From: Octopus bimaculoides
Taxonomy: Eukaryota
Length of the DNA: 64,000 bases
Direction: 5' to 3'
Assembly (NCBI RefSeq): GCF_001194135.2
Contig: NC_068989.1
Coordinates: 4,360,319 to 4,424,318, forward strand
In this document: positions 22,560-36,687 of the stretch, in pieces
Layout: every line of letters starts with the position of its first letter
Position numbering within the stretch: the stretch's first letter is position 1
Made by a program: the position numbers and the translations under genes
Notes under the pieces: model-generated
What the model saw: the letters and a program-made list of their open reading frames with translations, nothing else
What the model was told of the DNA's origin: nothing
Database searches by the model: none

Positions 22560-25500
22560 GTAAGTGATATTTTATTATAGATTTCGGTATTATTTATTTT
22601 GCATTATTTTTTTACTCTTTTTTTTTTGCTATTTATTTTCTTTACCACTATCCCTGTGCTTATTTGCTTCAGACTTTTACTCAATTGGTCAAACACCACA
22701 TTAAGTGATCAAGAAATTAATGAACCCCTTCTCATACATTTAAAACTATCGAAATCATTCCCATATATTTAAACCACTATCGATCAAATATTTAAAAGTC
22801 TATCGATCCCAATCTTATATATTTAAAACTCTGAAGCCGTTCGAATAAATTTCAAATAACATCGTGGCTATTCTTACATATGCAAACACTATGCGATAGA
22901 TGTAACTTCAATATATAGCATCATTAGAAGCCGGTGAGCTGGCCGAATCGTTACTGCGCCGGAAAGTTCAAATTCTACCGGGGTTGACTTCCATATTTTC
23001 GGGATCAATAAACTAAGTACCCGTCAAGCCGATGTAATCAAATAACTGTCCCTTCCCTAAAATTTCAGGCCTTGTACCTATAGCAGAAAGGAATTTATAG
23101 CTTTATTTTTCTCTCTTTGCCAATCAAATGTATTTTGCTGAAAGCAACCATGTCGAAGACAAGTTAAGTCGAAATCATTTCATCCAGGCTTCGTTAAATT
23201 TTATGTTCATGTTTTTGTTGCTTATTTCGACTGAATGAATCGATTATTTACCAAGGTGTTGTTTGTTTGTCGTTGCTGTCTCGGGTCCTGGGATTCATAG
23301 GACCGCTTACCTAGTTTCCGTGTCGCACAAATGGCCGAGGCCATAACATAGTTCCTAAACAGGACGTCAGTCTTTTGCTCAGATTACGCATTTTTGCCAG
23401 CTGGGTGGACTGGAGCGACATGAAATGTTTCGCTCAAAAACGCAACGCCCTGCCTGGTTCAGGAACTGAAACCAAGATCTTACGATCGTGAGTCCAACAT
23501 TCTAACCATTTGATCATGCACCTTCCATATACACTAGGTGATGTGAAAATTAAAATATGTTTACTTTAAGAAACAATATTTATACATGCACATGTGGACA
23601 AGAGAGCCTACATAGCAACACAATTTCTCGATGAATACGATAACGATACAAATTGATTTTGCTACTAACTAAACAAACTTAATCTTTGAAAAACATTTTT
23701 CATTCCTTAACTATTTCAGGTAATATATCAGAGTAAATATTCTTTCTTTAGATTTTACGTAACCTATACAAATAAAAAGGTATGCACGTGTTTTATTACG
23801 GGATTTTGTTATGATGGATTTTACGTCAAGACGAGATGAAGGTTAACATTACTTTAGGTGCGATACACAAGTGAAGGTTCTTTTGCCAATGTTCGTTTCT
23901 TTTTTAGCCTTTGAAAAACCTTTGCATTTATTCTCGTTTTTATTTTTAGCTCCAAAATGGCGGCGGACTGACAAAGTTGTTACTGTACTGAACAAAATGC
24001 TTAGTCGCTTTTCCTCCAGTTCATTACGTTCTACATTCAAATCCCACAGAGGTCAACATTGCCATTCGTCCTTTCGGGTTTAATAGAATAAAAGTGCGAG
24101 TCAAAGTCATGGTTGATGTAATCGACTTTCCCCCACCCCTAAAATTGCTGGCCTTGGGCTAAAATCTGAAGCTATTATTTAGCTCCAAGACATCTATGAT
24201 CGAAAAGACTCGTAACCAACATTTGTGATAATCACATTTTTCTTAAGATATAAAAGATCTCGAATTACATTATTTTGGATCCGCGTGAATGTTTCCTCTT
24301 ATGTCTGTACGTTCTAATGATATTTGGCTGCTATTCATTGCAGGTCAAATCACTAAATAAAAATGGCTCCTCATATAGCTAGCATTTATACATATCGCAT
24401 TTACACGATAGCTTCGCTAGACACACACCTTTTTACTTTTTGTTTTTGTTTTTGTTTTTCACATAAAATTAGCCAGGGATGGGGAGATGGTGCTCATGGC
24501 CTTTGAAAACCTAGGTTTGTGTAATTGAACATCTGTGGGTCAAAGTCTGCGAGGGGTGGGTATAAATGTGGAAGAAGTGAGAAGAAAACCATGTTTGGTC
24601 GAAATTCTTCAGTGAAAATTGCGAAGGATATTCAAAGATCGGACGGTATTCAAAGTTTAGCTTGTATTTGTGTATATATGAATGTATGTGTATATACATA
24701 TGCATGTATGTGTGTGTTAGTAAGTAGGAAAGAATGCTGGAGTGTACACATATATTACACCCATTAGTGCATAATACACACACACACACACACACAAATT
24801 TACAGGTGTGTGTATACAAAAAGAAATGCATATATATAAACAAAAAGCAGTCACTGATCTAATTCGTACAAGTGCGTGTGTGTGTATGTATGAGGGAGCA
24901 AACATTATTTGAGATAAATATTTACAAAAGTTGATTATATTTGGGCGGTTATCTCTCTCCAAAACTTTGACAACTTGTTCAGATCACTCACAAACTCACT
25001 CACTCACCGAACCAGACCCCATCACGCACGCTTATGTTTTGATTGTCTTTGGCTATGTCTGTTAGATAATAATGGTTTTGCCATAAAGGTAAAGGCGTCA
25101 GCAAACCGCAAAACAACACGGTTTCTCTTCTCTTAACCTAAAATGTAAAGAAGATTAATTTGTAGCCACACATGTTATTATAGACGACTAGCTCTAAATC
25201 GATTTTTGACCTATAAGCAAAGACAGTCTATTAGTATTTTTTTATGTAATTTGTCCTATCATTTTAGTAGGCATAATTCGTATTTCTTTCAGATCCAGCG
25301 ACCACATAAAGGCTCTCTTGGTTTATTTTTTCTATGTTATTGTCGTCCTGTATTTCTATAGTTATTTAGATCTAAATCGACAGTTCGTTTTAAGACAGTC
25401 CAGCCATGACCATCCTATCATTCTCTGGTGTATTACCAATTTAAGATTTCATTTAATGCATCTCTCCATTGTTACGACAGTCGGGTGTAATCTGATAGCA

Positions 25501-27931
25501 GTGTGGCTGCTATTTCTAGCTTATCAAACAAACAAATAGCTCGCCATTTGGTTTGAAGGTTTGATATGAAACACATAGACGTTAGTCTAAATAAATTCGA
25601 TTGTGATTCGATCCCAGGGCGAAGCACTTTGGAAGAGTGTCCTCTGCCAAAGCTTTGGCACGTCTACAGAAAAAAAATTGTTTTCGAAGGGAGAAATACC
25701 ACCTTCTCTCTCCGCATGCATACATGTACGCACCACCTTCCTTTTAGTATTCCTCTGTCTGGTTGTTGTGGTGAATGAAACTGTGTGGCGAACACGCTTG
25801 AAAGAAGGCATTTTACGATCCGGACCGAGCCTCATCAAATTGCTTTTGGAGATGAAGCGACACCTTCCAGTGTATTTAACGAAGGCGAGTGAAAAACGCA
25901 AGTATTACCAGTTTGACTGGGCCTAAGCTGAGACAGAAAATGAAAGAGAACACTTTGATGGTTGTCTTTATGGAGGATTTACCCTGAATTAGGGTACATA
26001 TTTCGTTGATGTGTTGTCCACGAAGTCTTTGCCTCATGAGCCTAATGTAAGAGATAGTAATATTTTTTCTCCTCTAGGCACAGGGCCTAGCGTTTGGGGG
26101 AAAGATGCTAGTCGAATACATCGACCCCAATGCACAACTGGTACTTATTTTATTTTGTTGTGAAGGCGCATGGCTCAGTGGTTAGAGCGTTGAGCTTATG
26201 ATCGTGAGGTTGTGAGTTCGAATCCCGGATCGAGCTGCGTGTTTTGATCTTGAGCAAGACACTTTATTTCACGTTGCTGTAGGAATGAGTTGCGACGTCA
26301 CTGGGGCCAAGCTGCAGCGGCTCCTTTGACTTTCCCTTGGATAACATCGGTGGCGTGGAGAGGGGAGGCTGGCATGCATTGGCGACTGCTAGTCTTCCAT
26401 AAACAACCTTGCCCGGACTTGTGCTTTAGAAGGTAACTTTGTAGGTGCAATCCCATGGTCATTCGTGACCGAAGGGGATCTCCGCACTTATTTTATCGAT
26501 CTCAAAATGGTTAAAGAGCGAGTCGACTTCAGCGAAATTTAAATTTAGAGCATAAAGATGCTGGTAAGCATTTTGTTCGATGCGCTAAAGATTCAGCCGG
26601 CTCGCCCGAATAATAATAATGGTTTCGAATTTCCACTGCGGTCGACTTCGCCTTTCAACCTTTCAGGGTCAATAAATTAAGTACCAGTGAGACACTGCGG
26701 TCGATGTAATCGGCTAGTCCCCCTCCTACCAAATTTCAGGCCTTGTGCCTTTAGAAAGGATTATCAGCATCATCATACTGAAATGAGAAGTTCGTGGTCT
26801 ACACAGAGACGGTGGAGATGGCTTCAAAGCGTGTTTCATTTCACATTAAATTATTGAAATAAAATATAATTATTTCCAGAAAACGGATTTTATTGGCAGA
26901 TAGTTATTTTAGTTTGTTTTTATGTATGAGTAAGCTAGAAATACATAGTTTGAAATATAAGTTAGATTGTCATTTACTATATGACGTAAACAAAAGAACC
27001 ACGCACGCACGCACGCGCGCGCGCACTACTACTATGCTTTGTCGTTTTTCTCTTTGATGACATTCACTTGATAATGAATGTCAGCAAGCATGTCAGTGAT
27101 TTTTGCCAATCCAATCAAGGTTAGATCCCTAAACTATCGACAGAATTTAAAAAAGAAACTATATAAAGAAACCTATAAAGTCGCATGAATTTCTCAAACT
27201 CTCCTCCATTTTGACAGGCTTTTCCTTGAACGACACTTTGTTTACAACCTTAACCTTGATTTTGGGCTTATCGTAACTTAGACTGAATTTATGAGACATT
27301 TTGCCGATTGGAGAAAAGATTCACTTGGTTTCCTTCCTGTAGAAATCCAAACATTCCAGTTTAAAATATTCATTTTTTGCTTCTGATTTTCTTAGTGGTG
27401 TTGCTGATTGGTTCTGGACCAAATACAGTCGAGCAGAGCTATGATTTAAATTAATCTGCCCATGACTCTACCTGGCAGAATGCTCAGCGCTATTCCGTCT
27501 GTCTATATGTTCCGATTTCAAATGCTACCGAGGTCGAGTTTACTTTCTATCCTTTTAGGGTCGATAAAATAAGTACCAGTTGAGCACTGGGTCGATGTAA
27601 TCGACTAGTCTTCTCCTGCCAAATTCCAGGCCTTGTACCAATAGTAGAAAGGATTATTATTATTTTTGTCTTTTTTTTTCCCCAGATCCTGTTCAACATT
27701 ATTGGCTTCACTTTCAACACATTCCTCTTTACATTAAGCAAACTCACTTTTCTCTACTTATTGTACCTTCACGAGCACGAATCCAAAGAAACATGGTATG
27801 TACATCTATTTCTCTTATAAAAATTCCATGAAATCAATTCACGTTATCATGTTCGTACAAAGGATTTATCGACTAACTTTCGTAGGGACGTGTGTGCGCA
27901 TACATACATGCATACATCACACGCACACATA

Positions 27932-27962
<31 letters not shown>

Positions 27963-30642
27963 GCATATATATATATATCAATGCCGTGCGTAAAAGAAAA
28001 ATATCAGATTGAACTGTGAGTAAAATTTATAAATATTAATTTAATAAACAGGAAAAAAAAAACAAGATTTACATTCATTTGCATTCAGAATGAATGTTAT
28101 ATCAATGAATCTGACTTCCTTTCTGCAGCTTTGCAATGATATCGGTATATGATATACGATATATATGCAATGAGTTCTAGGAAGGGAACAAACCAACAGT
28201 CCTTTCAAAGTCTTCAGTTATTTGATTTCTGAAAGCGATCTTCTTCAGCCTCAGAACTACATTCTCCCTCATCTTTAGCTTCAAAGATATAAAACTTCTT
28301 TAATAGCCTCCCCCTTCTTATTGATTCAATATTACAAAACGGTTTCTCAACACTGCTGCGGGTTTTTAACTTTAAAAGATTCTTAGAAGGGCTCAGAATC
28401 TCCAGGCAAAAGGCATCAATTGTATCTGTGGATTTATCCAGATCATTTAATAGCATCGATAGAAAGGTGTCTGTTGCATAACCTTTTGTATTATGATGTC
28501 CCAGATGAGGCAACCATTACCGCCATATACGGAAACCCATCAAACTCTGTCCAAATCACAGACAATCCACTAAGATCCTAACATTTCCTCTTGCACATTT
28601 TCTCTTTGTCATTCTGATGGATTACATCCTTAACAAATTCTTAACTCCATCCTCTCCGTCAAGTGATCAAAACTTTAGGAAAGGCTATATAAATTTTACC
28701 TCTTTTCAGACACATAACACACACACACAAACGAAAGCTTAATATTAGAGTAATCGATATTGTGAAATCACGTACATATTTTTAAAAATTTTCAACCAAC
28801 GTTTTCTCAATGGAAGGCCTAAAACAGTTTTCCTTTTCCCTTCACAGGACAGCTGCAATGACAGTGGTACTTGCTGTACCCGAAGTTATTTCTTTAGTCA
28901 AACTTCTCTGGTGCACGTCTTTTCTCCTCTATGGCAAATTAAGCGACTGGCCGTCGCCGCCATCTTTTGTATCGGTATGTCACAGATTTAATATTTTGTT
29001 TTTTTCATCCACAATTTCCTAAAGCGTTTCTTCGCACACACCCACACACATATACGGAAATTTTTCTACATAATTTCTGTCTGCCAAATTCCCTTACAAG
29101 GCATTGGTTGACCGAGGATTTTCGTTGAAGACACTTGCCCTAAGTGCCACACATTTGACTGCTTGATATTCAACTCGCTATATTTCATGTGAAGGTGCAT
29201 GACCTAGGGGCCAAGGTGTTAAACTGAACATAAGTTCGATTCCTAGACCGAGTACAGTGTTGTGTCTCTTTAGACAAGAGAAGCTAGTGCAGACTTCCCT
29301 TCTTACTAGCTATGAAATCCTGGATGTCCCACAAGCAGAATTTCCCACGTATGTAGTAGATATATACCAGAGTAAGCACATAAATGTGAAACAAGGTGGA
29401 AAAGATAATACCCTAATATCGATAATAGAGTAATATGCTTTAGTAATATAGTTACAAAGACATCACACTGAGAATGGTACAAAAAAATGGTTATATAACA
29501 TTATTCTTGTTCCATTCTCAACCAAAACTGTTCGACGAACGGAATCGTGAAACTCTGAGTAACAGTTTTTGTGAGGCCTTTGCAGCTTTATTACTAAAGT
29601 ATATATATATATATATATATATATATATNNNNNNNNNNNNNNNNNNNNNNNNNNNNNNNNNNNNNNNNNNNNNNNNNNNNNNNNNNNNNNNNNNNNNNNN
29701 NNNNNNNNNNNNNNNNNNNNNNNNNNNNNNNNNNNNNNNNNNNNNNNNNNNNNNNNNNNNNNNNNNNNNNNNNNNNNNNNNNNNNNNNNNNNNNNNNNNN
29801 NNNNNNNNNNNNNNNNNNNCAACATAGACGACTTGAAAATAGACTTTCACTTCAAAGAATTTATGAAGTTACGTGCATGATGAACAAATATTTTCGCCTG
29901 CAACAAAGCGACAGAGAACAACTTAGTTTATGCATAAAATTAGAATTTTATCTCTCTCTCTCTCTCTTTCCACTTCTCTCTTTCTCCGTACTTTCTCCGT
30001 ACTTTCTCTCCCCCCTCTCTCTCTCTGATTTTTCACCTCTTCTTCTATCGGTTTGATTCATGCTATTACTATTTTATCCATTTTCAGGGTATCGTCTGCT
30101 CTATAATGGAAAGCACCGCATTAATATTTTTTGTTATGCGAATCGGTCCCAAACTTCATCCGATTATACTTATCCCGTTATTAAGCAGTGTGCTCTGCTT
30201 GAAAATAGTTTCACTATATTTTAAAAAGGGAATGGTAAGTATTTATTTATTCTGAGATATCTCAACTGTTTAATGTGCACTTGTGTGTGGCCGACCCTTA
30301 GCATTTATTGATATGCATGTATGTAAGTAGCCATATTCTGATAGATCTCTCTTCGGAACAGCTCGACTGTTGATGTAAGTAGTCCAGAATAAGGAGTAAA
30401 AAGAAGCAAATCTGGAGGCACACCATGAATATCGCACGATTTGCCAGTCTGAAGCTGTTTGACGGTAGTTAGTGCTTCTTCGAGGTTAATTTCATTAGTT
30501 CGAATAAAGACGAAGGGGACATGTTTGATATCCAATGGAAACTCCTCTCCAAATCCAGACCCTATTTTCATGGATTTTAATTTAAGATTATCTTTATTCT
30601 CTTAACTGATCGAGTACTTTTTTACTTGTTGAAACATTACCA

Positions 30643-30692
<50 letters not shown>

Positions 30693-32322
30693 ATAAAGTT
30701 GTTTTCACATGCCGACAGATATCTTCAGCGTATGAAGCTAATAATTTGCATATAAGATACACATGTAAATATTTTATTACTAAATTGTATGGAATGCTGC
30801 CATGTAATATGGCCGACCGTTAGGAAATACCAAATTCTTAATACGTTTGTACTTACTTCTCTCTTTTCTTTTTTTCTAGCGCATATTGGACCATGATAAC
30901 ATCGATTCAAACACTAAATCTCTGAAGAATCTACTCTGTGCTGCGTTCGGTCTAATTTCTGTAATATTAGTTGTGGCCACATCATTTGTGACTGGTTTTA
31001 GCCAAATCTTGACTATTTCAGAATCTCTCATTCTGCCCACATCCTTATTGGCTTTATCTTTCACGTGGTGCCCTGGAATATCAACATTTACATTACGATC
31101 TCGAGAGGGCCTGGTTGATGGTCGTAAAAATGCCAGTATAATTTATACTATTTTGAAATTGGCAGTACTTTTTGTTTTAGCCATTGTTATAACTTACTTA
31201 AACCGCCTGGACAGCTTCGAAGAATCATTTTACAGCTTATTGCAAGGTTTCCTTAGTTTAATGTCAGCAAAACCCATTAGAGATGGACTCTTGCTTCACC
31301 TCTTTGCCGGTTTATTATCGCATGCATCCACTTACTTATCAGCACGAACATGTCTTACATGTAGTGGCATTTATCTACCAACAATATTTGTTACTCCGCT
31401 CACAGTCTTGATCATATGTTTTGACAATTTCTATGGTTTTTTTCATATCGTAAAGTTGTCTGCCCTGTCAGGATTTACTCTCGCTCCGTGGTTTTGTTTA
31501 GGAATTGCAATTTTACTTTGGTTGTTACCATTTTTAATGCTGGGCATGAACCATACACCTGTACCAAATTCCATACTGAAATCTTCGGAATCGAACTTCT
31601 TAAGTTTTACTTACAACAATATCTTCTTCGAACATCATTTGCATTTGAATTACAAACCGGAAGGAATTCATACCAGACATGATAAGACGAGTGAAATGTT
31701 GACCGGGGTACCCAAAGTGAGCAAAATTTTCATATGTACAACCATGTATAGAGAAGCAGAATTCGAAATGGAGCGTCTCTTGAGAAGTTTACAACGGTAA
31801 ATAACTGCTTTTACATAATTAAAATAAGATGACAGAGGAAGAAACGGTTTATCTTATGAACTTCATTAGCTTACAGCTGTTTCAGAATTTCCCAAATAAA
31901 CTGCACTTCATATTCGAGGCTCCGATGAAGTTATAAGATGTTACTGAAGTACACAACTTTGAGCCCACAGGATCTGATGTAAACTAGTAAAGTTCGTAAG
32001 ATAATAGTCTATTCCTTTGTCATCTTATATTATTACCACTCTGTACTCGACTGAAGCCTCTTTCTGAATCATATATGTATTAAGATTTTAGTCTCGCAAC
32101 ACCAAACGAAATATATATATATATATATAATTTAAAAGCAGCAAAATATCACAAAAGCTGTTACTCAGAGTTTCACGTTCCGTTCGTTGGACAGTTTTGA
32201 TAGAATCATATCATTCTAAAAAACCATTTGTTATTGGCGATTGCCGCTAAAACCACTCGTATAGTCGCTAATCCTGTCTTTGATACCCAGTACCTGAGTT
32301 CCTGCGTATGAAACCTATTTAG

Positions 32323-32398
<76 letters not shown>

Positions 32399-35349
32399 GT
32401 GTATGTATGTAGTGTACTTGTATATGTATCGTTGTGTGTATATGGTGTAGAACGTTACTCTACTTTGATAGATGAACTTTGTTACCGCTTTGTGTTCAAT
32501 CTGACGTGAGAATAAGGGAGTAAACAGTCATATGCAAATTACAATTTAAAGATTTTTTTTGTAATTAATCAAGGTATGTAATGTTGGATTTGTACTATTT
32601 TAAGGTTCACAAAAATGTTTATAACAACACTGGATGGTCTGTTATGGAGTATAGTTGAGAAAAAGGTCAAAGATAGTGTTTTTCGCACTAACTTTTAAGA
32701 AATGTTAAACAGGGTATTTCGTTTTTGTACTTGGCTTGCAAGATTCTTGGTGTGAAGTCGTGAGATGAAACAGGTTTTGTTAAATATCGGGAGAATGATT
32801 ATGCCAATACATTCAGACACTTCACACTTCGTAATGATTTTGTTACTGTAATTGTTTCTTTGCTATATCTCGGAAGGATGATTATGTCAATAATAATCAA
32901 TGGTCCTATTTCACTTTATTTGTCAATTGGTTGATTACTTAATCCATTAACTAACCGATTGTTTGATTAATCGTTCGGTTAATCAGTCAATCAGCTAGGT
33001 TTATCAAAGTCTTTGTCGCCATTTGCGACATCATGAGAGTCATGCCTCTATTCCAGGTCCGCTTCAGATTTTTGTCTGTCTCTTAGTCGTAAATGGCGCT
33101 AAAAGGATTGATTAACTGAAAGCTTAATCAAACAATCGATTAGTTAAATAGCTAACCAATAAATGAATATTAAAAAAAAACCTGAAATCGAACCACTACG
33201 TGTGTTTACTAATTGCATAATGACTCTCCTGTGATACAATGAAATATGTTTCAACTCCTGAGATCACACCAAGTCTCTTGGAAACCAAATACAAAAACGA
33301 AGGATTATAAGAATTGAGATAAATTTACAGTTGCATCTTTTGCTTTTATTAAATCTCTTCTGTGAATTCCAGATTATCTTCGTCGAAAAAACTGTCTCAT
33401 GTCTATATGGAGTCCCACGCGATTCTTGATAATGGTTGTAAAGGAAACGATCTTGGAGAGTTTGCTCTGCAGCTTCTGTCGTTACTTCAAAACCAACTAA
33501 ATATTGCTCGTACAGAAGTTTATGCAAATCGAATGCCTTACGGATTGCAGCTGCAATGGATCTTAAATGGTGGCATTCCGTTTTTTCTGCACCTGAAAGA
33601 CACTCAAAAAGTGAAACCGAAAAAACGATGGAGTCAGGTAAGTTTAATACATAGATGTGTGTGTATGTATGCGCATGTATGTGTGTGCGCGCGTGCATGC
33701 ATCCATGTAATTTATATACATATATGGATGAATATGTGCATCTATATGAAGTAATAAAATGAAAATGAAGAGTTCAAATTGATATATAATTTATTAACAT
33801 ACTATAAAATATAATATAATATATAGAATCCATACAATTTTTTTCGATTTGAACCCAAATTTATATTTTGGAAACACTCTGGGTAAAAATCTCATCAATG
33901 TAGAACAGAACGAAAAACTTTACATATTAGTTTAAGGGTCTTAAAGCGGACTGAATTATATATTTTTAACGTAAGCACGAGTGTCCATAGAGTTTTCGAA
34001 AAATTTAAACTAAAAGTAAAAATAAAAGTTAATATAACGGTTATAAATATGTATGTCTAATATGTGTGTATATTTGAGAATATTAATCTAAGTTTCTGCA
34101 CGTTAGTGTTTTAAAAACAGAAATGATTCATTATGTATCTATGGTAAAAACAGTAAATATTGACTTTCTTTACGATACGGTGAAGAAGAAATATACATCT
34201 ACTACACAAATATCTATCCTCAACACTCCCACATTAAATAATACAATAATTATTTATTGTTATCTATATGTTTATATTTATTAAAAAAAAGTGCAAAATA
34301 CATACTATTAAGAAACACTTTCTAACAAAGCTCCGCTATTTGAATAAACAAATCATTACGTCGCTATATTTCTGAAATATAAAAAGAAAAAGAAAAGTTC
34401 CTGAATTATGTTTTATCAGCAATTATTACAGAGAACAAACAATCTCTTATTAAATATGTTAACAATTAAGCAATATACGATAAATTTTACTATAAGTCAA
34501 TTTTTATATGTATCAAGCGCTACATTTAAAGTTTCGGTGAAATGTTTCTAATACGAAAAGATATACTTAAAATCATTATTTATGAGACAAAATACATTTC
34601 ATCATATATAATAGTATTATATAATATTATATTATACAATAATATACAGTGCTATAACATATATTTAATTTAAAAGCTTACAAAATGTTTAGTCCTAATA
34701 TTCATACACAAAAGTGTTTATCGTGTGATAAATGTGTATTAATATTATAAGAATCCTGTTTTTCGTCATTAATATGCATCGATATGAATATGTGTGTATA
34801 CTCAGAATGGCTAACTTAATTAGTCTCCTCCATATCCTCTGTGAATCCTATGATAATAATCCTTTCTGTGATAGACGCTCAACCTGAAATGTTGTAGGAG
34901 TGGGAAGTTCAACACATCCACTCCAGTGTGCAACTGGTTCTTAGTTTATCGACCTCTAAAATCCCACGAAAGTCAGTTTTGCTTTTTATCCTTTCGAGGT
35001 CGATGAAATAAGTACCAATCAAGTTCTGGGGTCGATGTGATTGACACCTCCACTTCCTTCGAAATATTAGTGGCTTTGCACCAAAATTTGAAACCTTCAT
35101 AAGAGGCAAACTGGAAGAATTGTTCAAACGTGTGAAAAACGCTTAGCTGTGTTTCTACCAAAGTTAACTTCGCCATTTATCCTGTTGGGGTCGATGTTAT
35201 GAGGTAGTAGTCAAGTAATGGGATCAACGTAATTGATATGTTCCTTTCCCTAATAATTACTGGCTTGTGAAAACAGGGATTTAATCGATGTGTTCTGGGT
35301 TTTCTGTATAAAATTGTGCAGAAGAAAAGGAGAAACTCTTTATAGGGAT

Positions 35350-35409
<60 letters not shown>

Positions 35410-36632
35410 CGTCCATCCCATGTGGTAAGGGAAACGTAATATTTATTACGTGGCTAAAAAGTTAGTTAAAGGTAGTGATATAGAAGAGAGTTAGGAATAT
35501 AATTTTAGCAGAAGAGTGTTCTGACAGAGAGAGAGAGAGATGGTCGGTGTGCGTGCGTGTGTGAATATGTGTGTGTGTGTATATATATATATATAACGTG
35601 TAATGTCTTCTCGATCTTTAAAGGTATTATATATGAACTACATAATGAGTTTCCGGGTGACAAAAGCTTACAACTGGATCGAAAAAAAGCTGAAACTCTG
35701 CGAAATGGAATCGAAGCCATTCAACGCCCGCTACTATGTCGATGAAAGGAAATTCTACGGTGTAGATGCACTGGACAACGAAACGAAAATTCCTACAATA
35801 AGATGTGACTACGCAAGTTCGATGCTGAGTCAATATAGCGATTGTACAGCATATACCAGCGGAGATGAGACGTCATACTGGTCTGATGATTCAGAACTGA
35901 GTAAAAGCCAATATTCAACCTCTAGTGTATATCTCCATCCAAATGGCTTGGATGTCCCAAAGATGAACGGTAAATTATCGGCGAGCAACCATTCAGCGGT
36001 GAACTCTGCATACGTGTATGGGCTTGATGATTCTGGTATTTCATGGGCCCCGAGTACAATAGCTGATATGGTTCGCAATGACGTCAGTATTCACATTAAT
36101 CCGAAAATAGAAGAGAAATCTATTAACACAATCAGTGGAAATTTAATTAATGATACGAAACTGAACATGGACTCGCCGTTCCTTCCGAGCTCTGAAGAAT
36201 TCGACAGCAGGACCTATATTCTAGCAACAGATGCTGACATGAAGTTCGATGACGACGCTGTGCTTGATTTATTGAACACTTGTAATGGTGATCTTCGACT
36301 CGGTGCTGCATGTGGCCGGACACATCCCATCGGTGAGAGAAATCGCCCAATTGTATGGTTTCAAATGTTTGAATATGCCAAAGGTTGGTTCTTTTTCTCT
36401 AACGTTGTTTAAATATCACTTGATATTTTGTATAAATAATCGATAAAAACTATATTAAATATCAAGCGAAATAATTTAATTTGATCTTAACAATTAAAAG
36501 CTGGATGTTACCCGATGAAATGGTATGCTTACGCAATGTGAAATTACGTAATTTCATATATTACGCATTGTTGAAAAACAACCTCGCTATTGAAACGCGT
36601 GTAGCAATATTTTGAGCTGTCCATTCTTATTT

Positions 36633-36687
<55 letters not shown>

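Noticed and set aside
27058-27083. TGACATTCA-8 nt-TGAATGTCA short palindrome
   Set aside because: A 9-bp stem is within chance expectation for a window of this size.
28214-28513. 99-aa minus-strand ORF with FLSMLLNDLDK, faintly like the LINE RT FxIYINDL motif
   Set aside because: No QG or ADD motifs in register; too weak to call. It lies antisense in CHS-A intron 2.
30893-30925. ATG near the start of CHS-A exon 5 as the gene start
   Set aside because: It is out of frame and stops after 10 codons; upstream exons 2-4 carry conserved CHS motifs in compatible phases.
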